64,000 bases of DNA from a virus: the IMG/VR virus record IMGVR_UViG_3300032282_001282, positions 1 through 64,000 of that record, one strand, 5' to 3'. Shown piece by piece: positions 18,498 to 28,651 of this stretch. Positions within the stretch are counted from its first letter, which is position 1. Every line of letters begins with the position of its first letter. A program made the position numbers and the translations under genes. The notes under the pieces were generated by a model. That model ran no database searches. It had not been told where the DNA came from and saw nothing but the letters and a program-made list of their open reading frames with translations.

Positions 18498-19760
18498 TTA
18501 TCTCTTACTTGGCTGTACGACCTTTAGCTTTCGATCCTTAACTATGCGATAATCGGTGTTGGATTTTGTAATATAATCGCGGTTTAGCAACGCCGGTGTT
18601 GCTTGGTATTTGGTAGTTCCAAAGTAATAATTAGGCGTAAAGTTAACTTTAAGGCCCGTAGGACGATCAAGTTCGTAGATAAGAAGGTCAGGACTGATAT
18701 TGTTTGCTAGGTGCTGTAAACCCGATTCCCATGCACTATATAGGTTAGTGCCTTCTAAATTTTTGTAAAACCAATGGTCCATTTCATTAAAGAAACTGTT
18801 ACTTGGCTTGCTAGTTTGCCAAGTTTCTAAATCATAATCTGGGTATATAATGCTCTTGGCAACGTGTTCGTATGCCGTACGTTCTTTGCTTAAATTACCC
18901 GACCAATTGACCATAAACTGTAAGTGTTGATTCTGCGGTAACTCAAACCAATTCTTAATCATGTGTACTTGTTTAACAACTAACTCGGGTAAATCAGGAG
19001 TCCAGTAAAATAATTCTGTAGTTATGTTTGTGTAGTCTCCAACAATGGGACTAGGATGATTACACATAACATCATTAAAATAAAAATACCAGTTGCTGTC
19101 AATGATAGTCATCCTGGGTTTATCAATTCCGTATAGCACACAGATCTTTTTACCAGTGTCGGCTAAGTCCCTGTGTTCTTTTGAATTTAAGTTATTGTGC
19201 TTATCACCGTGTCCGGGCTGGAACCAGTCACGAGTTGTGAATATCCAAGACTCATCTCGAGTTGTTTCTTGTTCAAACATAAACTCGCTGTAGTCATGGA
19301 ATGTTGTTTTAGTCTTTGGATAGTTAGTGCGTATCCAATCAAATAAAGGTTTAGCCGCAAACTCAGCTTCACCTAAGGTATTATTTGCGTTTGTAGTAAA
19401 TGCATCATATACAGCATCTTTGGCCGCTGTCTTGGGATAACGAAACACAACTTCATCTAAGTGTATACCGTTGAGTAAGAAACTAAAGATAGCAGTAGTA
19501 CTGTCACCACCGCCACTGGCTTCTATACGTATCCAATCGTACTTTTCACGTAATTGTACAGCCCTTAGTCTATACAGCTCACGCAAGTCTGTTTCTGGTT
19601 CTATTGACCAGTCACTTCGTGCAAAAACCAACTCGTTAAAATGCCAAGTTGGTTTCTGTCTTGTTTTTGAAGCATACAAGTAAGCCTGAGGCTTTGAATA
19701 AAAAACCTCAGACCCTACCTTGTAATATCCTAACTTAGGATTTTGTTCTATACCATGCAT
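18498..19760 (-). CDS. PP-loop (adenine nucleotide alpha-hydrolase) ATP pyrophosphatase-like protein, copy 1
   Basis: SGGGDS, HLDEVV, GIDKP and ELFYWTPDLPEL motifs. Confidence 0.7.
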   Translation of the reverse strand: MHGIEQNPKLGYYKVGSEVFYSKPQAYLYASKTRQKPTWHFNELVFARSDWSIEPETDLRELYRLRAVQLREKYDWIRIEASGGGDSTTAIFSFLLNGIHLDEVVFRYPKTAAKDAVYDAFTTNANNTLGEAEFAAKPLFDWIRTNYPKTKTTFHDYSEFMFEQETTRDESWIFTTRDWFQPGHGDKHNNLNSKEHRDLADTGKKICVLYGIDKPRMTIIDSNWYFYFNDVMCNHPSPIVGDYTNITTELFYWTPDLPELVVKQVHMIKNWFELPQNQHLQFMVNWSGNLSKERTAYEHVAKSIIYPDYDLETWQTSKPSNSFFNEMDHWFYKNLEGTNLYSAWESGLQHLANNISPDLLIYELDRPTGLKVNFTPNYYFGTTKYQATPALLNRDYITKSNTDYRIVKDRKLKVVQPSKR

Positions 19761-20668
19761 TACTGGTCTAGTTTAACACCAACTGTTAGTTTAGTCCAGT
19801 ATTCGTTTTGTTCATCAAACCAAGACTTTAGTTGCTTTTCAGGAACAGTGAACGCCTGGCAATAATCTAATGCGTAGGCATCGTGTACAGATTTTGCATT
19901 TTCAACTTTGAGTAAAATCTCGCGGATTTCTTTAGCCTTAGCTTCAGGGAACGAACTAGGAACCATAAAGTTATATGGTGTATTCATTTTAGCCAATGAT
20001 GCCGGGAAGCCTTGACTGCTCAAGTTAGGAAACTTACCAACTGGCTTAGGACCTGTAGTACCTAGGATATTTAAACGAACTTTATTATCTTCGCCAGTCC
20101 AACGTTCCATGTCGCCTACAAAACCAACAACAAAGTCAACCTGTCCGCCTACGCTACCAATAATAGCTTCAGTGGTACTTTTAAACGGAATGATAGTTGA
20201 ATCGGGGAATTTCTTTTGGAACTGTAGTGCAACTAAATGACTAACAACACCAAGACCACTGGTACCAATAGTTAAGTGTTTGTCTTTAGGAACATCACTC
20301 CATGTGCGATATTTAGGACTTGCAATAGCAAATGGTACGCTACATTGTGTCCAGATAGTTCTAAAGTCATTTACGTTCCAGCTTTCTTTAGGATAGAAGT
20401 TTGGACGTAACCAAAACGCACCAGATGTCATAAAAATGGTGTTAGGGTTATTTTTTACGTGATTTACTGCTACTGCTTGACCGCCACCGGGATAAGCATC
20501 TACTAAGAATTCATATTTCTTTTGTATAGCGTTTGCTTCTCTTGCTAGGTTGCGGGTGTAGTTAAATGAATTGTCAGCGGCGCTGAATCCATAAACGATT
20601 GTAACTTTATCTTGTGCTACGGCTGAAAAAGCCAGAGCCGCAAGTAGTACTGCTAAAATTTTCTTCAC
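19760..20668 (-). CDS. tctC: Bug/TctC tripartite tricarboxylate transporter substrate-binding protein
   Basis: Signal peptide; PGGG..AVN, GTSGLG..SHL and PFKS...A...VGGQVD motifs. Confidence 0.75.
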   Translation of the reverse strand: MKKILAVLLAALAFSAVAQDKVTIVYGFSAADNSFNYTRNLAREANAIQKKYEFLVDAYPGGGQAVAVNHVKNNPNTIFMTSGAFWLRPNFYPKESWNVNDFRTIWTQCSVPFAIASPKYRTWSDVPKDKHLTIGTSGLGVVSHLVALQFQKKFPDSTIIPFKSTTEAIIGSVGGQVDFVVGFVGDMERWTGEDNKVRLNILGTTGPKPVGKFPNLSSQGFPASLAKMNTPYNFMVPSSFPEAKAKEIREILLKVENAKSVHDAYALDYCQAFTVPEKQLKSWFDEQNEYWTKLTVGVKLDQ

Positions 20669-20691
20669 GAGAGATCTCCAATAAGTTTATA

Positions 20692-20721
20692 AGTTTACGA
20701 TATTACTCGTATGTTTGTCAA
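20692..20721 (-). promoter_or_regulatory. sigma70-like promoter TTGACA-N18-TAAACT
   Basis: Perfect -35 box upstream of tctC. Confidence 0.45.
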
Positions 20722-20850
20722 ATGTTTTATTTGGCTAGTAGAGAAATCTACTTACGGGAATCGGCGTTCTAGGCATAACATGCTAGTAAAAGAGTTTCGC
20801 TACTCTAGGCGTCAATGTGTAGTCCGACGTCGGAGGATCCGGCGTTGCTA
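20722..20850 (-). ncRNA. candidate late small RNA with four hairpins and repeated ACGCC motifs
   Basis: Directly downstream of TATAAATA (20855-20862); palindrome TCCGACGTCGGA; stems AGAGT/ACTCT, CTAGCAT/ATGCCTAG and GTAGA/TCTAC. Confidence 0.45.
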
Positions 20851-20867
20851 AATTTATTTATACTAGA

Positions 20868-22094
20868 TTAAAATCTGTCGGCAATTTCTACGCTGTAACG
20901 ACGATTGGGATTAGTATACTCTGCAGGACCAATTTTGTAAAATGGAGTTAAGAATCCAACAAAGCCTACTGCACGTTTTAATTCCCAATTAAAATACTTT
21001 GGGTCTACGTTGCGTTCAACAAATTCGATGCCAGCTCGCCAGCTTTGGTACAATTTGTGATTTTCAAATTGACTATAGAACCAATAATCCATTTCACTGT
21101 AGAAGTTAGTAGCAGGCTTACCGACTTGGAAAGTCATTTGATCATAGTCGGGGTATACCAAGGGTTTAATCATTGCTTCATAGGCTGTACGCTGTGCATT
21201 ACTATGATTAGGCCAGCGAGCTAAAAATTGTAAATGACTGTTTGCTGGTTGATTAAACCAGTTGCGTATCACGTGTGCTTGTTTTACACTTAGCTCGGGT
21301 AAATCAGGAGTCCAAAAGAAATACTCGTTAGTAATATTAGTATACTCACCCATGTCGGGGTTGGCGTAGTTAGCTTGGAAGTCGATAAAATACAAATACC
21401 ATTCGCCATCACGTATACACATCTTGGGTTTATCTATGCCGTAGAGTACGCAAATACTTTTTCCAGCGTCGGCTAAGATTCTGTGATTAATTGTTTGGTA
21501 ATTGGGAAATTTAGTAACGTGCCCTGGTTGTAAAAAGTCCTTGGCACTATATACCCAAGACTCATCACGGCCATCATTGGCCAGCATATCAGCAGAGTAA
21601 TCGTGTACTGTTATTTTAATATTAGGGTAGTGTGTCTTGAGCCAATTAAACAGTGGGCGAGTAGCGTACTCATATTCGCTTAGGTGATTTTCTGCGTGAA
21701 AGTTATTTTGTGTAATTGGAATCTTGCCTTCACCGGCTCTAGGATAACGAAACACAATTTCATCTAGGTGTATATCATTTAATAAAAAATTAAATAATGC
21801 CTGTGTGCTATCACTGCCACCACTGCACTCTAATCTAATATAATCGTACTTGTCTCGTAACTGTTGAGCACGAATACGATACAGTTCTTTCAAGCCAATT
21901 TCAGGTTCGTGTTCCCAGTCCTGGGCACCGTAGATTTCATTGTTAAAATTCCAATGCGGAAACTCGCCAGTCTTGGTTGCTTCAATTAAGGCCTGTACCT
22001 TGCTAAAGAAAACTTTATCGCCGACTGTGTAGTAACCTAACTTAGGATTGTTTTCTAAGTTAACATCATAAAACTTTGTTATAAATTTATTCAT
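20868..22094 (-). CDS. PP-loop ATP pyrophosphatase-like protein, copy 2
   Basis: SGGSDS, HLDEIV, GIDKP and EYFFWTPDLPEL motifs; clear paralog of 18498-19760. Confidence 0.7.
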   Translation of the reverse strand: MNKFITKFYDVNLENNPKLGYYTVGDKVFFSKVQALIEATKTGEFPHWNFNNEIYGAQDWEHEPEIGLKELYRIRAQQLRDKYDYIRLECSGGSDSTQALFNFLLNDIHLDEIVFRYPRAGEGKIPITQNNFHAENHLSEYEYATRPLFNWLKTHYPNIKITVHDYSADMLANDGRDESWVYSAKDFLQPGHVTKFPNYQTINHRILADAGKSICVLYGIDKPKMCIRDGEWYLYFIDFQANYANPDMGEYTNITNEYFFWTPDLPELSVKQAHVIRNWFNQPANSHLQFLARWPNHSNAQRTAYEAMIKPLVYPDYDQMTFQVGKPATNFYSEMDYWFYSQFENHKLYQSWRAGIEFVERNVDPKYFNWELKRAVGFVGFLTPFYKIGPAEYTNPNRRYSVEIADRF

Positions 22095-22819
22095 TAGAGA
22101 TTAATAACTAAATCTGGACTTGCACGTTTAAGTAATTCTAGTGTTGTTTCTGTTACGTTGCCTGTTACCTGTAGCATAGGACGATCATGCCAACCCATGT
22201 TACAAGTAGCGTGTGGAATGTCTTGCCATTCCCAAGTAATACAATCACCTGCTCGCCATTGTGTCCACATAGCGTTACCTAACTGAAACACCTGTCCTAA
22301 TTGCCAGTCGGTTAACATAATAGCAAAGCGTCGATAGACTTCGGGGTTTTCGTCAAACTTAGTGACCTTAAAACTATTTTCACGTATAGGATTACCGGGA
22401 AAGTTATCTATGTGTGTAACTAACATCTGTCCTGTACGTTGATTGTGGAAGTTAACGTCAGCTCTAGTAAGACCTAATATGTCTCGGATCATACTAAACA
22501 CACCAACGTTTGTTACGTTTTTGCGATCGTAAATTTCCATTTTAGGATCAGCACCGGCACGTATTAAATCAGCTTCTTCGGCACTGGCGGTATACAACTC
22601 GCCTTTTACTTTGTGTTTGTTACGGTCAGCCCAACCTGTTGCTTTCGATGTTGGCGTACATTGTTGTATAGCCGCTGTAAAATCGTAATTAAAACGACAA
22701 ACGTATGTATAACTGTCCTTACCCGGCTCAGGAGGCCGAGTGGGATCAAAATGCCAACGACTTGTAGCCTTTGTGCCTTCCCAACGGCTACCGTTCCAAT
22801 CTAAATATTTTTCTGTCAT
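22094..22819 (-). CDS. 2OG-Fe(II) oxygenase-like (DSBH fold) protein, copy 1
   Basis: HxD (HID)...PHAT.N...R..LQVTG triad pattern. Confidence 0.6.
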   Translation of the reverse strand: MTEKYLDWNGSRWEGTKATSRWHFDPTRPPEPGKDSYTYVCRFNYDFTAAIQQCTPTSKATGWADRNKHKVKGELYTASAEEADLIRAGADPKMEIYDRKNVTNVGVFSMIRDILGLTRADVNFHNQRTGQMLVTHIDNFPGNPIRENSFKVTKFDENPEVYRRFAIMLTDWQLGQVFQLGNAMWTQWRAGDCITWEWQDIPHATCNMGWHDRPMLQVTGNVTETTLELLKRASPDLVINL

Positions 22820-23779
22820 TTATTTTGTGGAGAGCGATTTAATTAACGGATTAAAAGTTTTTCTTAAATCTTCAACATGACTTTTAATACCTTGTGGGTA
22901 TAACTCTTCTTCAACGTAGAATACAAAGTTTAAGTCAGCATATTCTTTATACTCTGGACTACGTATTGCATCTGCAAAAACACGTTGATACCAATCGACT
23001 ATGTCCTTGGGTGCATTCGGTGGCAACAACAAACTCCATCCGCCATAGATATTAATGTTTCCTACTGAATCTCTTAGTAGTGGGACATTTGGTAACTGTG
23101 GCAACTTTTTATTACCAGTTAAGCCGATGAATTTAATTTTGCCTGCTTCAGCCAACGGCCTTGCAACAGCACTAGGTAATACGCCAAACTCAATACCGGC
23201 ATCACTGGCAACACTGGTTACAACCTGCGCCGGTCCTTGAAATTGAATATACTGTACCTGTTGATTTCCATTGGCTTTAAGCATCATGTATTCGTAGACC
23301 ATACGATGTGCTCCGCTACCAACTCCAACGTTAATAGGATTTTGTGTAGTCTGTAGTCTCTTTACAAATTCAGCCGGAGTGTTTGTTCGGCTGTCGGCTT
23401 TTGCAACCAAGGCCAGTGGACTCTTGCCAATGGTCATTATGTCGGTGAAACTATTGTAATTAAATTTTTTAACATCCGCTTGCCAAATATCGTTAGTAAC
23501 ATAGATACTCATTTGACTGGGAATTAAAATAGTATAACCGTCAGCTGGCGTAGTTACAAAACTGTTGAGAGCCACTACTCCATCTGCGCCAACTTTGTTT
23601 TCAAATATAAATTTAACATCAGGGTTGCGTTTAGAAATAATGTTTGCAATAGCTCTGAATGTAAGTTCATTACCTGTGCCTGGGCCATAACCTATCACTA
23701 CGTTAATTGGTTTAGTGGGTTCCCAAGCAAATGCGGCCAATGGAAATAGCAATAATGCTAATAGAAGTTTTTTTATCAT
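22820..23779 (-). CDS. tctC: Bug/TctC substrate-binding protein
   Basis: Signal peptide; YGPGTG, ENKVGADG and PADGYT motifs. Confidence 0.85.
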   Translation of the reverse strand: MIKKLLLALLLFPLAAFAWEPTKPINVVIGYGPGTGNELTFRAIANIISKRNPDVKFIFENKVGADGVVALNSFVTTPADGYTILIPSQMSIYVTNDIWQADVKKFNYNSFTDIMTIGKSPLALVAKADSRTNTPAEFVKRLQTTQNPINVGVGSGAHRMVYEYMMLKANGNQQVQYIQFQGPAQVVTSVASDAGIEFGVLPSAVARPLAEAGKIKFIGLTGNKKLPQLPNVPLLRDSVGNINIYGGWSLLLPPNAPKDIVDWYQRVFADAIRSPEYKEYADLNFVFYVEEELYPQGIKSHVEDLRKTFNPLIKSLSTK

Positions 23780-23825
23780 TTTGATTGAAATTCTGATGTG
23801 CCTAATACTTATACTAGTTTCTACA

Positions 23826-23854
23826 AGTATAAACTGTTATTTTATCAAAGTCAA
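23826..23854 (-). promoter_or_regulatory. sigma70 promoter TTGACT-N17-TATACT
   Basis: Upstream of the tctC-oxygenase-PP-loop operon. Confidence 0.6.
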
Positions 23855-23909
23855 GCCATGACCTAAATAATTTAGTAGACACCATGTCTACTATTTCAAG
23901 GAGGCAAAT

Positions 23910-24677
23910 TTGTCCAAACGACAACGAGGTAATAGAGCAGAGGCTCTAATTGTAGATAATCACAGTAGTTTTAGTAGTAATAATACAGTAAGGTTGGACT
24001 TGTATCAGAAACCTAGTAAGTTTCAACAACGCCCAATTACGCTGATCCCAAAAAGTCTTGCCCAAGAGACCTATATTGACCTATTAACCGATCCCGAAAA
24101 ACTTATAGTGTTTGCCACAGGCCCAGCGGGCACAGGCAAAACAATGCTGGCTGTACTGGCCGCACTCAAAGCATTTAGGGATGGCAAAATAGAACGTATA
24201 GTCGTAACAAGACCTGCTGTGGGAGTCGATGATGAAGAACATGGGTTTTTACCCGGAGACTTAAATGAAAAGATGGCTCCGTGGACTAGACCTATATTTG
24301 ACATAATCGGCGAATACTACCGCCAAACAGAAATCGTACGTATGCTAGATGAAAATCAAATTGAGATCAGTCCCCTAGCCTATATGAGAGGTAGAACATT
24401 TAAAAAATCGTGGATTATTGCAGACGAAATGCAAAACGCGACACCAAGTCAGATGAAAATGTTACTCACACGATTAGGGGAAGGCAGTAAAATGATCGTT
24501 ACAGGTGATACACGCCAAGCAGATAGACAGGAGGACGACAACGGATTGTTGGATTTCCAGCGTTTAGTAGAGGATTATCAACGCTGTAAATATGTGTCTG
24601 GAATCGAGTTCGATCACAGAGATATTCAACGACACCCTGCTGTGCTTGAAATTCTTAAAATTTACAAGGAGGTCTAG
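23910..24677 (+). CDS. phoH: PhoH-like ATPase
   Basis: GPAGTGKT, GFLPGDL.EK, YMRGRT, DEMQN and TGD..Q.D motifs; TTG start with AGGAGG. Confidence 0.95.
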   Translation: MSKRQRGNRAEALIVDNHSSFSSNNTVRLDLYQKPSKFQQRPITLIPKSLAQETYIDLLTDPEKLIVFATGPAGTGKTMLAVLAALKAFRDGKIERIVVTRPAVGVDDEEHGFLPGDLNEKMAPWTRPIFDIIGEYYRQTEIVRMLDENQIEISPLAYMRGRTFKKSWIIADEMQNATPSQMKMLLTRLGEGSKMIVTGDTRQADRQEDDNGLLDFQRLVEDYQRCKYVSGIEFDHRDIQRHPAVLEILKIYKEV

Positions 24678-24698
24678 TTTATACAAATTAGATAGAGT

Positions 24699-24722
24699 AA
24701 ACCCGGGATCTTCCCGGGTTTT
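24699..24722 (+). terminator. rho-independent terminator
   Basis: AAACCCGGGA-TCT-TCCCGGGTTTT. Confidence 0.8.
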
Positions 24723-24840
24723 GTTATACCCCCCACTAAATACTATAAATATTTCAAGTATGCCTTGCTGTGCCCCCCAAATTCACAAACATTATTTAAT
24801 TAAGGCATAAATATGTTTATATCACTAGGAGATTTACAAT

Positions 24841-25878
24841 ATGTCAGACCGCAGAAAAATTCGTTGGTTAATTGCCCACTTTCCGGTACACCTATTTCAA
24901 AGAACTGCCGAAGCATTTGGCCGCGAACTAGAAACTTTGTGCCCAGGACAATTTGAACTCGAAATCCACACTTTAGATACTTTTGCAGAAAAGTACAGCG
25001 ACAAGTATAGCAATATCAATAAGCGTATGCCACGCTTGCCAGGCTTAGAAGATAAGCAAGGAATTGCAAAGAAGCATGCCGCTACTGACGTTAAAGAAAT
25101 GTACGAAAAATGGGATACATTCTTTGATGGTTTGCGTGAAGGCGATTTCGAAATGAGCCAAACACAAGTATTTACAGTTGCTGAAAAATTACATAATAAA
25201 GATTTTGCCGCACTAGATTTACCATTCTTGTTTGACAATCACGACCACGTTAGCCGTGTATTAGATGGCGAAATTGGTGACGAGCTATGCAAAGGCCTAG
25301 AAAATGAAAAGATTCGTGGTTTAGCATTTACTTACTCCGGTGGTTATCGCATTATCGGTAGCACAAATGGTCTAAGCAACCTTAGTGATTTAGCACACAC
25401 AGATTTGATCGTTGCTAACCGTCCAAGCGAAGTATTGTTTGGCAATGGTTTTGGAACTCCAATCCTACGTCGCTCTGAAGTTGCTAACGCTAGTTTAGCT
25501 GAAGGTGTAAATGACGGCATGGCTGTTGAAACTACATACATTCGCTTTACTGGTAAGCACGTATTAAAAACAAATCACAGTATTTTCATGACAACTATCT
25601 TAACTGGTACTAAGTTCTTAGATAGTTTAACAGAAGACCAACGTAATGCATTTATGGTTGCCGCAAAGCGTGTAGCTAAGATCGAACGTGAGTGGTCTGT
25701 TGCAGATGCTGAAAAATACGAACGCGATGCTGTAACCAATGGTGTTACAATCATTGACTTGTCTGAAGAAGACCAGGCGTTGTTACAGAAGCGAGCAAAA
25801 CTAAGCTATCGCCATGTTGAAGACATGGGTATCGATGTAAACTTAGTAAAACGTATTATTGAACGTCGTAAAGATTAA
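24841..25878 (+). CDS. dctP: DctP-like TRAP substrate-binding protein lacking a signal peptide
   Basis: LDLPFLF..H.H...VLDG.IG, YSGGYR and TNH motifs; SD AGGAG directly upstream. Confidence 0.75.
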   Translation: MSDRRKIRWLIAHFPVHLFQRTAEAFGRELETLCPGQFELEIHTLDTFAEKYSDKYSNINKRMPRLPGLEDKQGIAKKHAATDVKEMYEKWDTFFDGLREGDFEMSQTQVFTVAEKLHNKDFAALDLPFLFDNHDHVSRVLDGEIGDELCKGLENEKIRGLAFTYSGGYRIIGSTNGLSNLSDLAHTDLIVANRPSEVLFGNGFGTPILRRSEVANASLAEGVNDGMAVETTYIRFTGKHVLKTNHSIFMTTILTGTKFLDSLTEDQRNAFMVAAKRVAKIEREWSVADAEKYERDAVTNGVTIIDLSEEDQALLQKRAKLSYRHVEDMGIDVNLVKRIIERRKD

Positions 25879-27002
25879 ATATCACCCACGTAATAACGTG
25901 GGCTGTATTTAGGAATAGTGCCCCGGCCGTTGAGAAACTCCGGGGCTATATTTTTGGCTAGATAATCTGCACCTTGTGCCCAAACATCACGTGCTCGACT
26001 AAACTGTTTTGTATTATAGAACCAAGTATCAAACTCATTGTCCCAATCGCTCTGCGGCTTGTCGACCTGGAACCACGTATTGTCCCATGTTGTTTGATAC
26101 ACAACTCCACGTAAGATCTTTTCCTTGGCAGTTTTAAATATACTGTTAGTACTAGACCAAATACGCTGATAGGTAGGATTGACTTGTAAGAATCGTAAGA
26201 AGGTATGACATTGTTTAGCAAGTATATCGCAAGCTTCAGGCGACCAGTAAAAGAATTCTACTGTGCTGTTATCGTATTCACCAAAGTTTGGATTGATGTT
26301 AATGTTATTAGCTGGCTTGTCTATAAACTGTAGATAGAGTTTGCCGTCAACAATAGTACACGGCGGCTTATCAATGCCTAGTATAATACCAATGTTTTGT
26401 CGGCTGTCAATACGTGAACGTACTTCTTTAACGTGGTAATAATTGTAACGTTGATTACCGCCAGGATTAATAACATCACGACTGTCTAACACCCAAGACT
26501 CGTCACGTGCTTTTAAGTAATAGGTTAAGATGTCTTTGCTAGAATCGTATACTGTAACCTTAGTATTAGGCATATTATCTGCAATCCATTGCATCTTATC
26601 CTTGACTGTTAGTTCATACTCGGCGTTTTGATTCCACGTTTCTGTAATTGCGGGATCTAGTACTAGGAAGTCAGTTTTACTTGCTTCAAAGATCCAGTTA
26701 GTAATAATTTCATCAATGTGCAGACCTTGACGATAGAATGACATTAGGATATTATGACTGTCTGCACCACCTGAGTAACTTAGGATAATGTAATCATATT
26801 GTTCACGTAGTTCACGTGCCCTACGATCATATAGTGCATCTAATGACAGTTCTGGTTCATGACTAAAATCGTACGCATCAAATACATCATTGTTAAACAC
26901 CCATTCAACAGGCAGTTTATTTTGTGTAGCGTGTAGCAAACAGCGGGCTTTGCTGGCAAATGCTTGATTGCCAGCAATATAATATCCTAAGGATTTATTC
27001 AT
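25875..27002 (-). CDS. PP-loop ATP pyrophosphatase-like protein, copy 3
   Basis: YSGGADSHN, HIDEII, GIDKP and EFFYWSP motifs. Confidence 0.7.
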   Translation of the reverse strand: MNKSLGYYIAGNQAFASKARCLLHATQNKLPVEWVFNNDVFDAYDFSHEPELSLDALYDRRARELREQYDYIILSYSGGADSHNILMSFYRQGLHIDEIITNWIFEASKTDFLVLDPAITETWNQNAEYELTVKDKMQWIADNMPNTKVTVYDSSKDILTYYLKARDESWVLDSRDVINPGGNQRYNYYHVKEVRSRIDSRQNIGIILGIDKPPCTIVDGKLYLQFIDKPANNININPNFGEYDNSTVEFFYWSPEACDILAKQCHTFLRFLQVNPTYQRIWSSTNSIFKTAKEKILRGVVYQTTWDNTWFQVDKPQSDWDNEFDTWFYNTKQFSRARDVWAQGADYLAKNIAPEFLNGRGTIPKYSPRYYVGDI

Positions 27003-27907
27003 TATTGTAGTGGCTTAACTTTTGCGGCTTGCTCGCGCCAGAACTTAACCTGTTGGTTAAACCAGCTAACTGTTTGTGCCCAGGTAAAATCTGCTGGTGT
27101 TGAAAACTCTCTAGCATAACCAGCTTGTACATCCGGTGCCCGGTTAGCTACACGTAGTAGCTCATATAGCTCTCGAACTTTTTCTGCAGGCATCTCAGTA
27201 CTAGCAACAATAACAGTATTGGTACTTACATTTTCAAATCCTTTGATACCTTGGCTTGCTAAAGTTGGGTGGCCTTTGATGCTACGTGTTCCTGTTAGGC
27301 CTAGCACACTTGTCAAATTTGCGTCAACTGCGCCTTCAATTTCACTTAACCAGTTCCAACCAGTATCAATATGTCGACCTAATACATCTTTATTGGCATC
27401 TACTAAACTAGTGTAATTAACAATACGAACACCGCTATAATGTTCGCCTAAAATACTTCCCATTAAATTACTGTGGCTACCATAACCGCTGATTGATGTC
27501 GTAAACCCATAGTCTTTCTTTATATCTTTGACGCTTTTGTATTGTGTACTAAAGAGTGCAACTGGTGCGCCAAGGGTTTGAACTAATACTGGTTGAAAAC
27601 TTTCTGCGGCATATCCTGTTTCTTTATCAAAGTTTGGCCGAATAAAGAACGTGCTTGTGCCACCGAGTAATGTATTCTTAGGATTATCCAATATATACTT
27701 TGCGGCTACTGCACCACCTGCACCAGGTTTAGTTTCAAAAACAAACTCGTACTTGGTTTGATTCTTATTAAGATCTGCTACCATAGCACGATAAAAGTTT
27801 GCTTGGTTAGCGGCAGGACTAAAACCCCAGACTAAGGTAATTCTTTCTGCGGCCATTGCCGTGACTGAAGCGGCCATAAGTGCGGCCAACACTATTTTTT
27901 TAAACAT
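27002..27907 (-). CDS. tctC: Bug/TctC substrate-binding protein
   Basis: Signal peptide; ETKPGAGG and PTLASQG motifs. Confidence 0.75.
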   Translation of the reverse strand: MFKKIVLAALMAASVTAMAAERITLVWGFSPAANQANFYRAMVADLNKNQTKYEFVFETKPGAGGAVAAKYILDNPKNTLLGGTSTFFIRPNFDKETGYAAESFQPVLVQTLGAPVALFSTQYKSVKDIKKDYGFTTSISGYGSHSNLMGSILGEHYSGVRIVNYTSLVDANKDVLGRHIDTGWNWLSEIEGAVDANLTSVLGLTGTRSIKGHPTLASQGIKGFENVSTNTVIVASTEMPAEKVRELYELLRVANRAPDVQAGYAREFSTPADFTWAQTVSWFNQQVKFWREQAAKVKPLQ

Positions 27908-27916
27908 TTAATTTTC

Positions 27917-28651
27917 CTATTTGAAATTTCTTACATTGAACTTGGGATCAGTACGATCTGTTCTAAGTCCAGTTACTTGCAAAGTCATGCGGCTATGCTC
28001 ACTTGCATTGGCTGTGGCGTGTGGAACATTTGGCCAATCATGCATATGAACTTCTCCGGCTCTCCATTGTTGATATACAGAGTTACCATATATCATAAAC
28101 TGTCCGGGCTTCCAATCTTCTAACATAACAGTAGCACGGACAATATCTAAAGGATCGTAACCATAGTCCTGGTTATCAGGATTACCATTACCATCCCGGT
28201 AAAACAATCTTTGTATTGGGTCTATGTGTGCTGTAAACATTTGCCCAGTTTTTTGTACATGACAACGAGAGTGTGTCACACTAAAATTAAAACTGTCAAT
28301 AACTTTTTGTAATTCAGGAAACTCTGTAAAGTCATCAAAGACATCAGTTAATTCGATTTGATCGAGATTGCCACCGCCCCGAGCAATATCAGACTTGCGT
28401 TTGTCGATGCCCAGTACAATTTGCTTGGAACCACCTGTATAGGTAATGTTGTTCCAAGTGGCAGAAAAACTGCGATTGCGTATAACAGGAAGGTAGTCGT
28501 TCCACGTTACTGGAACACTACCTAATACCATAAATGTTGAGTTGGGTCTGTCTTGTTTAAAATTATCAAAGTGGTAAGAGCTTTTTGTCTTTGACCACTC
28601 CCATACGCTATCGTAATCTGCTAGAGTTTTTGGTTTATTTGAGTTTTCCAT
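27917..28651 (-). CDS. 2OG-Fe(II) oxygenase-like protein, copy 2
   Basis: HIDP...PHATAN...R..LQVTG; paralog of 22094-22819. Confidence 0.6.
   Translation of the reverse strand: MENSNKPKTLADYDSVWEWSKTKSSYHFDNFKQDRPNSTFMVLGSVPVTWNDYLPVIRNRSFSATWNNITYTGGSKQIVLGIDKRKSDIARGGGNLDQIELTDVFDDFTEFPELQKVIDSFNFSVTHSRCHVQKTGQMFTAHIDPIQRLFYRDGNGNPDNQDYGYDPLDIVRATVMLEDWKPGQFMIYGNSVYQQWRAGEVHMHDWPNVPHATANASEHSRMTLQVTGLRTDRTDPKFNVRNFK

Noticed and set aside
20722-20850. ACGCC repeats as a mini CRISPR array, or a RiPP precursor ORF
   Set aside because: Repeats are only 5-9 nt with irregular spacing and there are no cas genes; the candidate peptides lack a start codon or SD
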